64,000 nt of DNA. Source: Candidatus Omnitrophota bacterium (GTDB lineage Bacteria; Omnitrophota; Gorgyraeia; JAFGHF01). Where the stretch lies: contig CP070837.1 in assembly GCA_020341815.1 (NCBI GenBank), positions 1,474,607 to 1,538,606 of the forward strand, written 5' to 3'. The notes below the pieces were generated by a model. It saw only the letters and a program-made list of their open reading frames with translations. It had not been told where the DNA came from and did not search any database. Each line of letters opens with the position of its first letter. Position 1 is the first letter of the stretch. Below are positions 20,532 through 29,579 of this stretch, piece by piece. The translations under genes and the position numbers were made by a program.

Positions 20532-22360
20532 ACACTTTAGATAGCGTTTTGATTAACGTACCTATAAGCAGCCCTCTGCATCCCCAGGCTAATTTGCCTT
20601 TTCTGAAAGGATTTTTAAAGCAGAACGGCTTTAAAACGAAGATTTATGATACCAATATTAAATTCTTGAATTGGTTCCTGGCAGAGCAAAGTTTCAATAT
20701 CAAAAATATGGAGTATATGAAAAATCCTGTCGAATTATTAAAGCTTTATAACGATATAGAGCATGTTTTATATGAAAAATGTAAATCTTACCGCAATTTA
20801 ACGATAGGTTTAAGAAATATAAGTCTGGATTACAGCCGCACTACCTTCGACAGCGTGCTTAAAGCTGTCGAAGATAAAAGCGCCAATCCTTTTATAGATT
20901 TTTATAATGAGTTCATCGATAAACATATTTTGCCGGATATCCCGAAAATAATCGGCATAGGAATAATTTTTCAGGATCAGATAATCGCCGCATTTACATT
21001 GGCGCATGTAATTAGAGAGAGGTTCCCTGAAGTTAAGATTGTATTAGGGGGGCAAATTATAACCCGCTGTTATGATACGCTGCTTGAAAGCGGGCTATTA
21101 AATCATCTATGGGACTATCTTGTATTATGGGATGGAGAGATGCCTTTGTTGGACATACACAGAAAAGTCATAAATAAAAGCCGGGTTCCCATGATAAATA
21201 TAATAGAAAAAAAAGAGAAAAACCTTATAGACCGCTCTAAATATGCCTATGATTTGAATAATTTGGAGTGTCCTGATTTTTCAGATTTGGATTTCAATGA
21301 ATATTTATTCCCGGAGATGTTATTTCCCCTGCAGACTGCCAGGGGATGTTACGGGTCTTGTGAATTTTGCGCTATCCCTGCGGGATCGAACAATTCATTC
21401 CGTCAGCGCAAGGCAGATAAAATAATCGATGATATATTAAGTATTCAAGAGCATACCTTAAAAACATACGGGAAGAAAGCCGTATATTTTAAGTTTATGG
21501 ATGATACCTCCTCGCCTAAGACTTTATTAGCGGTGGCCCGTGAAATAAAATCAAGAAGCATAGAGGCTCAATGGGAAACATTTGTTCGCCTGGAGAAAGA
21601 CTTCGAAGATGCCGATTTTATGGAGCAGCTTTATCAGGGGGGCTGCCGAAAGTTGATGTGGGGGCTGGAGACCAATAACCCCGATATTTTAAAAAATATG
21701 CGCAAAAAGATAAATGTTGCCTCTATAGATAAGATACTGCAGGCCGTATCCAAAGCAGGTATTATAAATTTTGTCTTTGTTCTGCTCGGATTTCCCGGTG
21801 AAACAAAAGAACAGCGCGATAAACTTGCGGAATATATCATCAATAATAAAGATATCCATGTTCTTACTATCGCTACTTTTGACGTGACTAAAAATTCGCC
21901 TATACAGAAGAATTTTGTTCATCCTAATGTTTGGGGTATAGAGATTGATAAGCCTGGAGGATTTGAGGTCAGGCTTCCTTATACGGTTAAAGGAGAAAAT
22001 TGGAAGAAAATGATAGTTGCCGAGGCCCATAGGATTTTAGTCAAAATCATAAAAGAAAGGCCGGATATAGGCTTTATGAGTCTGTTTCCCGATCAGGCAA
22101 GAGGGATCCTGGGGAATAAATATGGCAACGGTTGGGGGAGAGAATTTTTATCGGACTTTGGGCAGGACAATATCAGGCAGTTATTGTTATCCACGGAAAG
22201 CTATATAGATAGCTTTGCCAATCAAGAGGAGATTGAGTTGTCGCTGCTGCCCGAACCAATTAAACGCGAACATATGCGCACGAGCGAAGATATTAAGGCA
22301 GTTGCCGAGGCCATTTCAGCCCGCAAAAAATATGAAGAGAGAAGGATGAAGCAGGTATGA
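20528..22360 (+). CDS. Cobalamin-binding radical SAM protein with extended C-terminus
   Basis: 'VLGG', 'WDGE', 'TARGCYGSCEFC', 'WGLET', 'GFPGET'. Confidence 0.88.
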   Translation: MNTLDSVLINVPISSPLHPQANLPFLKGFLKQNGFKTKIYDTNIKFLNWFLAEQSFNIKNMEYMKNPVELLKLYNDIEHVLYEKCKSYRNLTIGLRNISLDYSRTTFDSVLKAVEDKSANPFIDFYNEFIDKHILPDIPKIIGIGIIFQDQIIAAFTLAHVIRERFPEVKIVLGGQIITRCYDTLLESGLLNHLWDYLVLWDGEMPLLDIHRKVINKSRVPMINIIEKKEKNLIDRSKYAYDLNNLECPDFSDLDFNEYLFPEMLFPLQTARGCYGSCEFCAIPAGSNNSFRQRKADKIIDDILSIQEHTLKTYGKKAVYFKFMDDTSSPKTLLAVAREIKSRSIEAQWETFVRLEKDFEDADFMEQLYQGGCRKLMWGLETNNPDILKNMRKKINVASIDKILQAVSKAGIINFVFVLLGFPGETKEQRDKLAEYIINNKDIHVLTIATFDVTKNSPIQKNFVHPNVWGIEIDKPGGFEVRLPYTVKGENWKKMIVAEAHRILVKIIKERPDIGFMSLFPDQARGILGNKYGNGWGREFLSDFGQDNIRQLLLSTESYIDSFANQEEIELSLLPEPIKREHMRTSEDIKAVAEAISARKKYEERRMKQV

Positions 22361-23553
22361 TTTTGCGAGATTACTTGAAATTATTAGAAAAGTATATAGA
22401 TAATCCTCAGCAGAATGCCTGGTATGAAAGGCTGATGGAAAGGGTGGAAAAAGGATATTCAATCTTCCAGGGCTTGGATGAGGTAAGGCGCAAGCGCTTC
22501 TTGAGGCAATTTAACAACAGGATAAGGACCGAGGAATTAAAAGCCTGGTATAGTTCTCCCGAGGGAGAAGTCCTCTTTCAGGGGACGTCGATATCGTCAT
22601 TGATAGTTCCCTGCGAATTATCTGATCCGCTTTTTTTGAAAGGCATTGAAGATCTTGAGGATGCCGTTGCCGAGAATTATATCAGGCTTCATGACCGTTA
22701 TGCGGACCAGGTAAAAAATGCCATTATTGAAAATGTCGATACGTGGATAAAAGAAGGCCTTTATTATGGAATCGTGCTTTCTTCCAAGATAGTTTCTCAG
22801 GCCTTTCAGTTAAAAGTGCCTTATAAGGACGTGGTCTTTAAGGTCAGAGATTTTTTAGTAGACCCGCATGAAATTACTTCTTATCCCCTTGATGTCAGGA
22901 GAGAATATTTTCAAAAGGCAAAGGAAAAAATCGATTGTTTCAAAAATGTAGATCTGAGTCGTGAAGAGGTGGAGGCAAGCTTAGTCCTGGCCGATATCAG
23001 CAAACCCAGATTGGAGCAATTTAAGGATAATGTTATTTTGGCGCCCGTAAGGTGCAATGAAATAGCAACAATCTTTGCAAATCGCGTTAAAGAATTGATA
23101 ATCGCAAAGACAAGCGGACGAATTCAGCCAAAATCGCTTACAGTGGTTATCTTTGATACCGACACCCCATATATTTATCACCATCTTTTGGAATGTAACG
23201 GCAATTCTTTAGCCCCGATTTTGCCCGGCTTGACCCTTATGGGGGCCAGCGGAACGATAGACGCTTTCAGGTGGCTCTATGCCTATAGGGTAAGCCTGGT
23301 CGGGCAGAAGATAATGAAAAGTTCGTTATATTCCGAGGTTCACAGGAAGTTTATTCCTTTTGTCTATTTTGGCGTATTGGTGCCGCGCGATGCCGAAATC
23401 TTATTAGAATCCGAGAACCTTAGCAGATTAAGATACCGCGGAGGCATAGATCCGGCTTTGGAATTCTGCTATCTTATACCGACTATCAATGAATATCTTG
23501 AGACCGAACGACAGGTTGATATTTATAAAAAACTTAAATTAAAAGCGAAATAG
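22357..23553 (+). CDS. Hypothetical protein, probable divergent CofE (F420:gamma-glutamyl ligase)-fold amide ligase
   Basis: Ordered CofE-like motifs read by eye: 'IVLSSKIVSQA', 'LADISK', 'ILAP..CNEIA', 'VVIFDTDT', 'MGASG', 'IM...IPFV'. Confidence 0.55.
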   Translation: MILRDYLKLLEKYIDNPQQNAWYERLMERVEKGYSIFQGLDEVRRKRFLRQFNNRIRTEELKAWYSSPEGEVLFQGTSISSLIVPCELSDPLFLKGIEDLEDAVAENYIRLHDRYADQVKNAIIENVDTWIKEGLYYGIVLSSKIVSQAFQLKVPYKDVVFKVRDFLVDPHEITSYPLDVRREYFQKAKEKIDCFKNVDLSREEVEASLVLADISKPRLEQFKDNVILAPVRCNEIATIFANRVKELIIAKTSGRIQPKSLTVVIFDTDTPYIYHHLLECNGNSLAPILPGLTLMGASGTIDAFRWLYAYRVSLVGQKIMKSSLYSEVHRKFIPFVYFGVLVPRDAEILLESENLSRLRYRGGIDPALEFCYLIPTINEYLETERQVDIYKKLKLKAK

Positions 23554-23557
23554 AGAT

Positions 23558-24295
23558 ATGTGTACCATAGGTTATCATAAAGCCCTGAATTTAATCTTTA
23601 AGAACAGAGACAAGAGTGAAATAACAACCGAGGAGATGGTAGCCGAAGATAACTATATTGCCTTCAGGACAAAGGGCGCCGATTATTTTAGCTGCGGCGT
23701 TAATAGATACGAATGCGGCTTTGTTAGCGCTGCTGTTAACACGCCCCAATGGACTGACCTGATCTATAAGGGTAAAGTGCAGCAGGCAAATCAGCAGCTT
23801 AAAGTTGAGAAGAGGGGATTGAGCAATCCCATGATTCTGGTTTCTGAAATGTTATCTCGAGCCAGAAAGATAAAGGCGATTATCGATAAAATAGAATCTT
23901 CCGAGTTAAGCTGGCAGGGCTATAATATATTATTAGTGGATAGCGGACAAGCATCGCTCATCGAGACATATAATTCCGATATCCGGATAAGGGAATTGCG
24001 CCCGAGGGAGGTAATTACCAATTATTTCTCACTTCTTGATTTTGGGCCTAAAGATTACTCTGAATATCCGAGTTCTTTCAGACGCCATGAATACGGAAAT
24101 AATAATATTAAATCCGCAGCATCTGTTAATGATCTGTTTGAGTTATTGAAGCCTGCGGATGAAAATAAAAGAAAAAAGATATGGCGCAGAGGAGCGTTCA
24201 AGACTATTTCTTCAAGCATAATCGATTTAAAAAGGCGTTTAATATACTATTCGAAAGATATAAATGAAGATTACTCAATTTTCCGAATGCATTAA
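23558..24295 (+). CDS. N-terminal-nucleophile (Ntn) hydrolase, NRDE/C45-like
   Basis: Begins 'MCTI' (Cys nucleophile after Met removal). 'KNRD', 'GVN', 'ITN', 'SSFRR', 'TISS' motifs. Confidence 0.72.
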   Translation: MCTIGYHKALNLIFKNRDKSEITTEEMVAEDNYIAFRTKGADYFSCGVNRYECGFVSAAVNTPQWTDLIYKGKVQQANQQLKVEKRGLSNPMILVSEMLSRARKIKAIIDKIESSELSWQGYNILLVDSGQASLIETYNSDIRIRELRPREVITNYFSLLDFGPKDYSEYPSSFRRHEYGNNNIKSAASVNDLFELLKPADENKRKKIWRRGAFKTISSSIIDLKRRLIYYSKDINEDYSIFRMH

Positions 24296-24316
24296 GAAAG
24301 GACGGTTTTTAAAATT

Positions 24317-25063
24317 ATGAAAGAAAAATATGATACTAGCCTGGAAATGTCAAGGTATATTGACCTTGAATTGTATCACGAAGTGGAAAAGACCCATCCC
24401 TTTTATGTGGAAATGATTGATGAGATTCTCAGTCAAATTAATAAATTTTCTCAGAACAAAGAGGGAAGGCTGAAAATCCTTGAATTCGGTGCCGGAACGG
24501 GAATCTTAACCAAAGAATTGCTTGGCATCCCTTCGCTCCAAGTCGATGCCCTGGAAATCGACCAAGAATGCTGCAAATCGCTGAATAAGCATATTAGCAG
24601 TAATGGGTGCAACATTATTCAGGGCGATATAGTAACCTATTGTAAAGAAAACTATTATGATTTAATTGTATCAAGCTTTGCCCACGACCATATTTCCCAT
24701 GAAAAAAGTACCAAATTAGCTGAAAATATTAAAAGAAATCTAAAAAAAGGAGGCGTCTATATCATGGGCGGCGAAATACTGCCTCCTTTTTCTACAAAGG
24801 AACAACAGCGGGAAGCCTTGTATAAATATCACGGCTATATAATAAATAAAGCGCTAAAGGATGAAAACTTTAGAGTTGCTCAGATTGAAATTAATGCCTT
24901 GAAATCGGGATTAGAATATATAGGGGATTTCAAAAGGCATGTATCCATGTTCGAGGAAGAGATATCCTCGGCTGCCCTCAAAATAAGATTCAGGAAAAAA
25001 ATAGGGCCGCATGAAGTGGATGATGTCGGCGGCGTTTATGTATATGTGATTGAAGCCGCATAA
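24317..25063 (+). CDS. Class I SAM-dependent methyltransferase
   Basis: 'ILEFGAGTG' motif I, 'YDLIVSSFAHDHI', 'LKKGG'. Confidence 0.88.
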   Translation: MKEKYDTSLEMSRYIDLELYHEVEKTHPFYVEMIDEILSQINKFSQNKEGRLKILEFGAGTGILTKELLGIPSLQVDALEIDQECCKSLNKHISSNGCNIIQGDIVTYCKENYYDLIVSSFAHDHISHEKSTKLAENIKRNLKKGGVYIMGGEILPPFSTKEQQREALYKYHGYIINKALKDENFRVAQIEINALKSGLEYIGDFKRHVSMFEEEISSAALKIRFRKKIGPHEVDDVGGVYVYVIEAA

Positions 25064-25093
25064 TATCGCAACTGAACATTTGGCAGGTTTGTA

Positions 25094-26563
25094 ATGAAAG
25101 AGTTCTACGGGAAATTACATAATATAATCAAAAATTCTAAGGCAGTGGCCTATACCTATTACGGACAAACGCATTCATATACTGAATTGTATAGGGATAT
25201 GTTAAAAGTCAATTCAGTCTTGCGGAATTATCGAAATGAGCGGGTTGCTCTGTTTAGCTCCAAGCATTTTCATGCTTATAGCGCGATATTTTCTATAATT
25301 CTTTCCGGGAATGTATGGATACCTTTTACTCCGGAGGTGCCTGAGGGTCGTAATCTTGATATCATGAAGCTGGCCGAGCCCAAACTTATAATTACAGACC
25401 GCCGGCTGCCTGTTTCCTTAGCTGAGTACGCCAAAAATAAGGGAATAGCGGTGGTCGAGCTTGAGAAAGTCATGGCCGAAAATAATATAGCCGAATTTGC
25501 CTTAGGGCATTTCAACAAGGATGATATTGCCTACATTATGTTTACATCCGGCTCTACCGGCATTCCCAAAGGCGTTCCCATGACGCATGAAAATTATATT
25601 AATTTTATTAATAACGCTATGAATATCTTGCCATTTAAGCAAAACGAGGTGTTTTCCGATTTCCATGATTTTGCTTTTGATATTTCCATCTTTTATCTGT
25701 TCTGCTGTATTCTGACAGAGAGCGCCTTCGCCCCTATTATAAAAACTGAAGATACAATTATCCCCATAAATCACATTATTAAAAACAATGTTACAGTCTG
25801 GTCAAGCGTGCCTTCGGTTATATCGAGGTTAAAAAGGTTTAAAAGGGATGACCTTATACAAACGCCGGTTAGAATTATGTTTTTGTGCGGCGAGCCTTTC
25901 AGATTGGATGTCTTGGAATATTGTTTTAAAAACTTACGGCTTGAAAATGTATATGATTTCTACGGATTAACTGAGACCGGAGTCGAAAACTTTTATCATA
26001 AGTGTCATCCGGATGATTTAGTTGAGTATCGGGATATAGGTTTTGTGCCTATAGGCAAGCCCTTGAAAGGCAACCAAATCCGCATAACCGAGGAAAAGGA
26101 ATTAATGCTCAGCGGCTGCCAGGTTACTCCGGGTTATCTGGGCGGTATATCCTCGGAAAAATTTGAAATAATCGATGGAATAAGATGGTATCATACCGGA
26201 GATATCGTCGTTAAATATAAAGACGTTTACTTTTGCAAGGGCCGCCTGGATTCGCAGGTTAAACTCAGTGGATACAGGGTGGAGCTTATGGATATAGAGA
26301 CTTATATTCGCAGAATCGATGGGATTGACGAGGCGGTTTGTTTTATTGAAAGCATAGATGAAAAGATGCTGCTTATTGCCGCTGTAAAAGCAAGAAATAA
26401 AATCGGCCTTAGGGATATACAGGATAATCTGAAATTTCATCTGCCAAATTACATGATACCCAGAGACATTTTATATTTGGATAATGTACCGTTAAACAAG
26501 AACGGAAAGATAAATAGAAAAAAAGTTCAGCAGATGTACGTAAAAAAGGCCCTAATCCCTTAA
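25094..26563 (+). CDS. Stand-alone amino-acid adenylation enzyme (DltA-like carrier-protein ligase)
   Basis: A3 'YIMFTSGSTGIPKG', A4 'FDIS', A5 'YGLTE', A7 'YHTGD', A8 'GRLDSQVKLSGYRVEL', A10 'NGKINR'. Confidence 0.9.
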   Translation: MKEFYGKLHNIIKNSKAVAYTYYGQTHSYTELYRDMLKVNSVLRNYRNERVALFSSKHFHAYSAIFSIILSGNVWIPFTPEVPEGRNLDIMKLAEPKLIITDRRLPVSLAEYAKNKGIAVVELEKVMAENNIAEFALGHFNKDDIAYIMFTSGSTGIPKGVPMTHENYINFINNAMNILPFKQNEVFSDFHDFAFDISIFYLFCCILTESAFAPIIKTEDTIIPINHIIKNNVTVWSSVPSVISRLKRFKRDDLIQTPVRIMFLCGEPFRLDVLEYCFKNLRLENVYDFYGLTETGVENFYHKCHPDDLVEYRDIGFVPIGKPLKGNQIRITEEKELMLSGCQVTPGYLGGISSEKFEIIDGIRWYHTGDIVVKYKDVYFCKGRLDSQVKLSGYRVELMDIETYIRRIDGIDEAVCFIESIDEKMLLIAAVKARNKIGLRDIQDNLKFHLPNYMIPRDILYLDNVPLNKNGKINRKKVQQMYVKKALIP

Positions 26564-26593
26564 ATAAAATATGCTACCCAAAGGCGAGCCACA

Positions 26594-27292
26594 GTGAAAA
26601 CTATTGCAATTCAACAACCTGAGCATCTACCATGGGTTGGTTTTTTTGATAAAATGGGGAAATGCGATGAATATATCTTTTTAGACAACGTTCAGTTCAA
26701 GAAAAGATATTTCGAAAATAGAAATAAGATACGGACAAGAGAAGGATGGCAGTGGATTACTGTTCCCGTGAAGACAAAAGGAAGATATTTTCAAAGAATT
26801 AATGAGGTAGATATTGAAAATACGGAAAATTGGCGTAGAAACTATTTAAAATCGATAGAATTTAATTATCAGAAATCTAAATATTTCAACCCATACTTTA
26901 AAAACTTAAATGAAATTATTAATCGAAAATATGCCCTCTTGACGGAATTGAATATTGGGTTAATAGAGTGGATCCGCGAATGTCTTAATATAAAGACACC
27001 AATAAAAATGGTTTCTCAAATAAGGAATTATACGGAACGTGGCAGTGAACTGATTTTAGCAATATGCAAGGATATGAATGCCGATAAATATATATCAGGC
27101 CCTGATGGTAGGAATTATTTAGATTTAGACAGATTTAAGAGAGAAAACATAAAGCTGGTTTTCCATGATTTTAAGCACCCAGAGTATTCTCAAGCTTACA
27201 GCCCCTTTGTTCCTTTTATGTCAACAATTGATTTTTTGTTTAATGCGGGTCGAAGTGATAAATATATGGATAAAGAGACTTTAATATGTTAA
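26594..27292 (+). CDS. WbqC family protein
   Basis: 'AIQQPEHLPWVGFFDK', 'DNVQF', 'NRNKI', 'YISGPDGRNY', 'STIDFLFN'. Confidence 0.88.
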   Translation: MKTIAIQQPEHLPWVGFFDKMGKCDEYIFLDNVQFKKRYFENRNKIRTREGWQWITVPVKTKGRYFQRINEVDIENTENWRRNYLKSIEFNYQKSKYFNPYFKNLNEIINRKYALLTELNIGLIEWIRECLNIKTPIKMVSQIRNYTERGSELILAICKDMNADKYISGPDGRNYLDLDRFKRENIKLVFHDFKHPEYSQAYSPFVPFMSTIDFLFNAGRSDKYMDKETLIC

Positions 27293-28815
27293 GAGTTCTA
27301 TTAATTGGGCCTTATAAAGGCCGAGACAATTCAGGAGATTCATTTCTTGCGCCTCCTTTCGGGCTATACAGGATGAAATTCTATATCGAGAAGAAACTGG
27401 AAGACGTTTTTATCGATATATTAGATCCTAACATCGATAATTATAGGGACGTAGAAGGGGTATATGATGTTGTCGGTTTTAGTCCACTGCATTTGACTTT
27501 TGAAAATGATTTATTATTATTTGGCTATTTTAAATCGAAGTTTCGTGATTCTCTTTTTATTGCTGGCGGAATTGAGGTTTCCTCTATAGGAAAAGAAGTT
27601 TTTGATTATGCCCCATTTGACATAGCTGTTTTAGGCGAAGGGGAAGAGACTTTATTAAAAATTTTAAAAGCAATTCTAAAAGGAAAGAAGCAGTTTAATG
27701 GCATCAAATCAATATATCAGAGGAGACAGGGCCGGGTATATTTTAATGGATACGGGAAGCAGTTAGGATTGAGCCACTTTAAAGAAATCTATGAAGCATA
27801 CGAATTTATCAATATTCCGTATGATCGATATTGGAAACACAATGCACAATTTTATAAAGAACCTAATTGGACAGAAATCAGAACAATCAGGGGCATATTT
27901 TCTAATTTTTGCCCTTATCGTTGTAAATTTTGCGCTTCAACTAATTTTATCTCCTATTCTTATAGCGGAAAGCTTTCTGCCGGGAGCCGTTTCTATATTT
28001 TGCCCGTGAAAGATGTTATACGGTTTATATTAAAAATCACTGATGCATGGAAAGATGTCGAAACAATTATATTTGATGATGATAATCTTTCTCTGGATTT
28101 CCAATATCTCAAAAAGCTATGTTTAGAAATAATACAGCTAAAGGAAAAAGATAAGTTAAGGAAGAATTTGAGTTTTATTTGTCAAGGACGACCAGATGTT
28201 TTTGCTAGATCCAAGAAGAAAATCCTTAATTTGATGAAAAATGCCGGATTCCGGATGATTATGTATGGAGTAGAATCATTCTCTGATAGAGTATCAGCGT
28301 ACTTGGGAAAGAGAATTACCCGACAACAGGCAATGCAGACAATTGATGCAACAGTAGATGCAGGAATTGTTCCTCTCATCTATATTATTCTTTTTCCTCC
28401 GTGTATTTTAAAGGAAGATTTAATTAAGACAGTCGATTTATGTGTAAAATATCTATTAAAGAATTTGGAAATAAGCACTACATTGTTGATAATGGATATT
28501 CCCGGCTCCGAATTTTATTATGATACCTCTTTAAGACGCATTATTAAGAAATATTCTATAGCTAAGGGGATATCTATTCAGAAATCAGACTATATATGGC
28601 CTTCGGATGATGAACTGTTTGAATTGGGACGGGATATACATGAAAATTATTCTAACTATGAAGAAAATTTTAAGCAAAATTACGGCATACAGCATGTGCC
28701 CAGCCGCGTTTATTCTTTTATTGTTTTTGATGCTATATATCAGAAATTTGGATTAGAAGATAAACGCAAATATCTTCATAGAACATTACAGGATGTAATT
28801 AAAAACTATCAATAA
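27286..28815 (+). CDS. Cobalamin-binding radical SAM protein
   Basis: 'APPFGL', 'IAGG', 'GEGE', 'CPYRCKFC', 'YGVES'. Confidence 0.88.
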   Translation: MLRVLLIGPYKGRDNSGDSFLAPPFGLYRMKFYIEKKLEDVFIDILDPNIDNYRDVEGVYDVVGFSPLHLTFENDLLLFGYFKSKFRDSLFIAGGIEVSSIGKEVFDYAPFDIAVLGEGEETLLKILKAILKGKKQFNGIKSIYQRRQGRVYFNGYGKQLGLSHFKEIYEAYEFINIPYDRYWKHNAQFYKEPNWTEIRTIRGIFSNFCPYRCKFCASTNFISYSYSGKLSAGSRFYILPVKDVIRFILKITDAWKDVETIIFDDDNLSLDFQYLKKLCLEIIQLKEKDKLRKNLSFICQGRPDVFARSKKKILNLMKNAGFRMIMYGVESFSDRVSAYLGKRITRQQAMQTIDATVDAGIVPLIYIILFPPCILKEDLIKTVDLCVKYLLKNLEISTTLLIMDIPGSEFYYDTSLRRIIKKYSIAKGISIQKSDYIWPSDDELFELGRDIHENYSNYEENFKQNYGIQHVPSRVYSFIVFDAIYQKFGLEDKRKYLHRTLQDVIKNYQ

Positions 28816-29579
28816 TGAGGATAAGTTTACCTTTATCTCAATATTTTGAACAAGTAAAAACGGATTTATGGCCATTTATAAGTGCTGTTGTTGTCCGTGA
28901 AGAAAAAAACCTGAATAGAAAGTTCAGAAATAAGGATATATTAGTTCATGCTAACGGCTTTATCAATGATGAATTTGATGAATTAATTAACAATCGTAGA
29001 TTTTTAGAAAAATTGAACTCTTGCGCAAGTCTATTATCATTTGATTTAGGACCATCGTGTCATAAAATCGATTATTCCGAACACGGATATATTGCCAAAG
29101 GCCCGGTTTTAACAGAAAGTCAAATTCTAAGAATTGCAGATAGAAAAATTAGCAATATCCGTAAGTTTTTTAAAGGCATTATATCGGTGGAGAATCTTGA
29201 TTATCATGCATTGGGCGCTTACGAAGTTGTATGCAACCCCGATTTTATAAATAAGTTTGTAGAAAAATTTAATATTTGCTTAACGTTGGATATTGGGCAT
29301 GTGGAAGTAACTTGTAGCAATTTTTCAATAGATCCGTATGATTATTTAGAAAAGTTACCATTATCCAAGGTTGTGGAGATTCATCTGGCGCGTTCTGTGG
29401 GAAGCAGAGATTCACATATGCTGCCTACAGAAAAACAGTATAGATTGTTAGAATTTATTCTGCAAAGAGTTCATGCCCGTTATATTGTCCTCGAATATTA
29501 TTTTAAACCCGAAGGGATTATCCAGGGAAATAGGGAATTAATGCAATTTCTTAAAGATAGAGGCTTATATGAAAATTGA
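28815..29579 (+). CDS. DUF692/MNIO-like multinuclear iron TIM-barrel enzyme
   Basis: Metal-ligand pattern 'VENLDY', 'LDIGHV', 'EIHLA', 'DSH', 'VLEY', as in the DUF692 (MbnB/TglH/ChrH) family. Confidence 0.68.
   Translation: MRISLPLSQYFEQVKTDLWPFISAVVVREEKNLNRKFRNKDILVHANGFINDEFDELINNRRFLEKLNSCASLLSFDLGPSCHKIDYSEHGYIAKGPVLTESQILRIADRKISNIRKFFKGIISVENLDYHALGAYEVVCNPDFINKFVEKFNICLTLDIGHVEVTCSNFSIDPYDYLEKLPLSKVVEIHLARSVGSRDSHMLPTEKQYRLLEFILQRVHARYIVLEYYFKPEGIIQGNRELMQFLKDRGLYEN

Noticed and set aside
22357-23553. Coenzyme F420 biosynthesis
   Set aside because: No cofC/cofD/cofGH genes are nearby and the protein is highly divergent. Only fold-level similarity is claimed.
25094-26563. NRPS cluster or dlt teichoic-acid operon
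   Set aside because: There are no condensation or thioesterase domains and no DltB (MBOAT) or DltD. It is only a stand-alone A-domain with a distant ACP.
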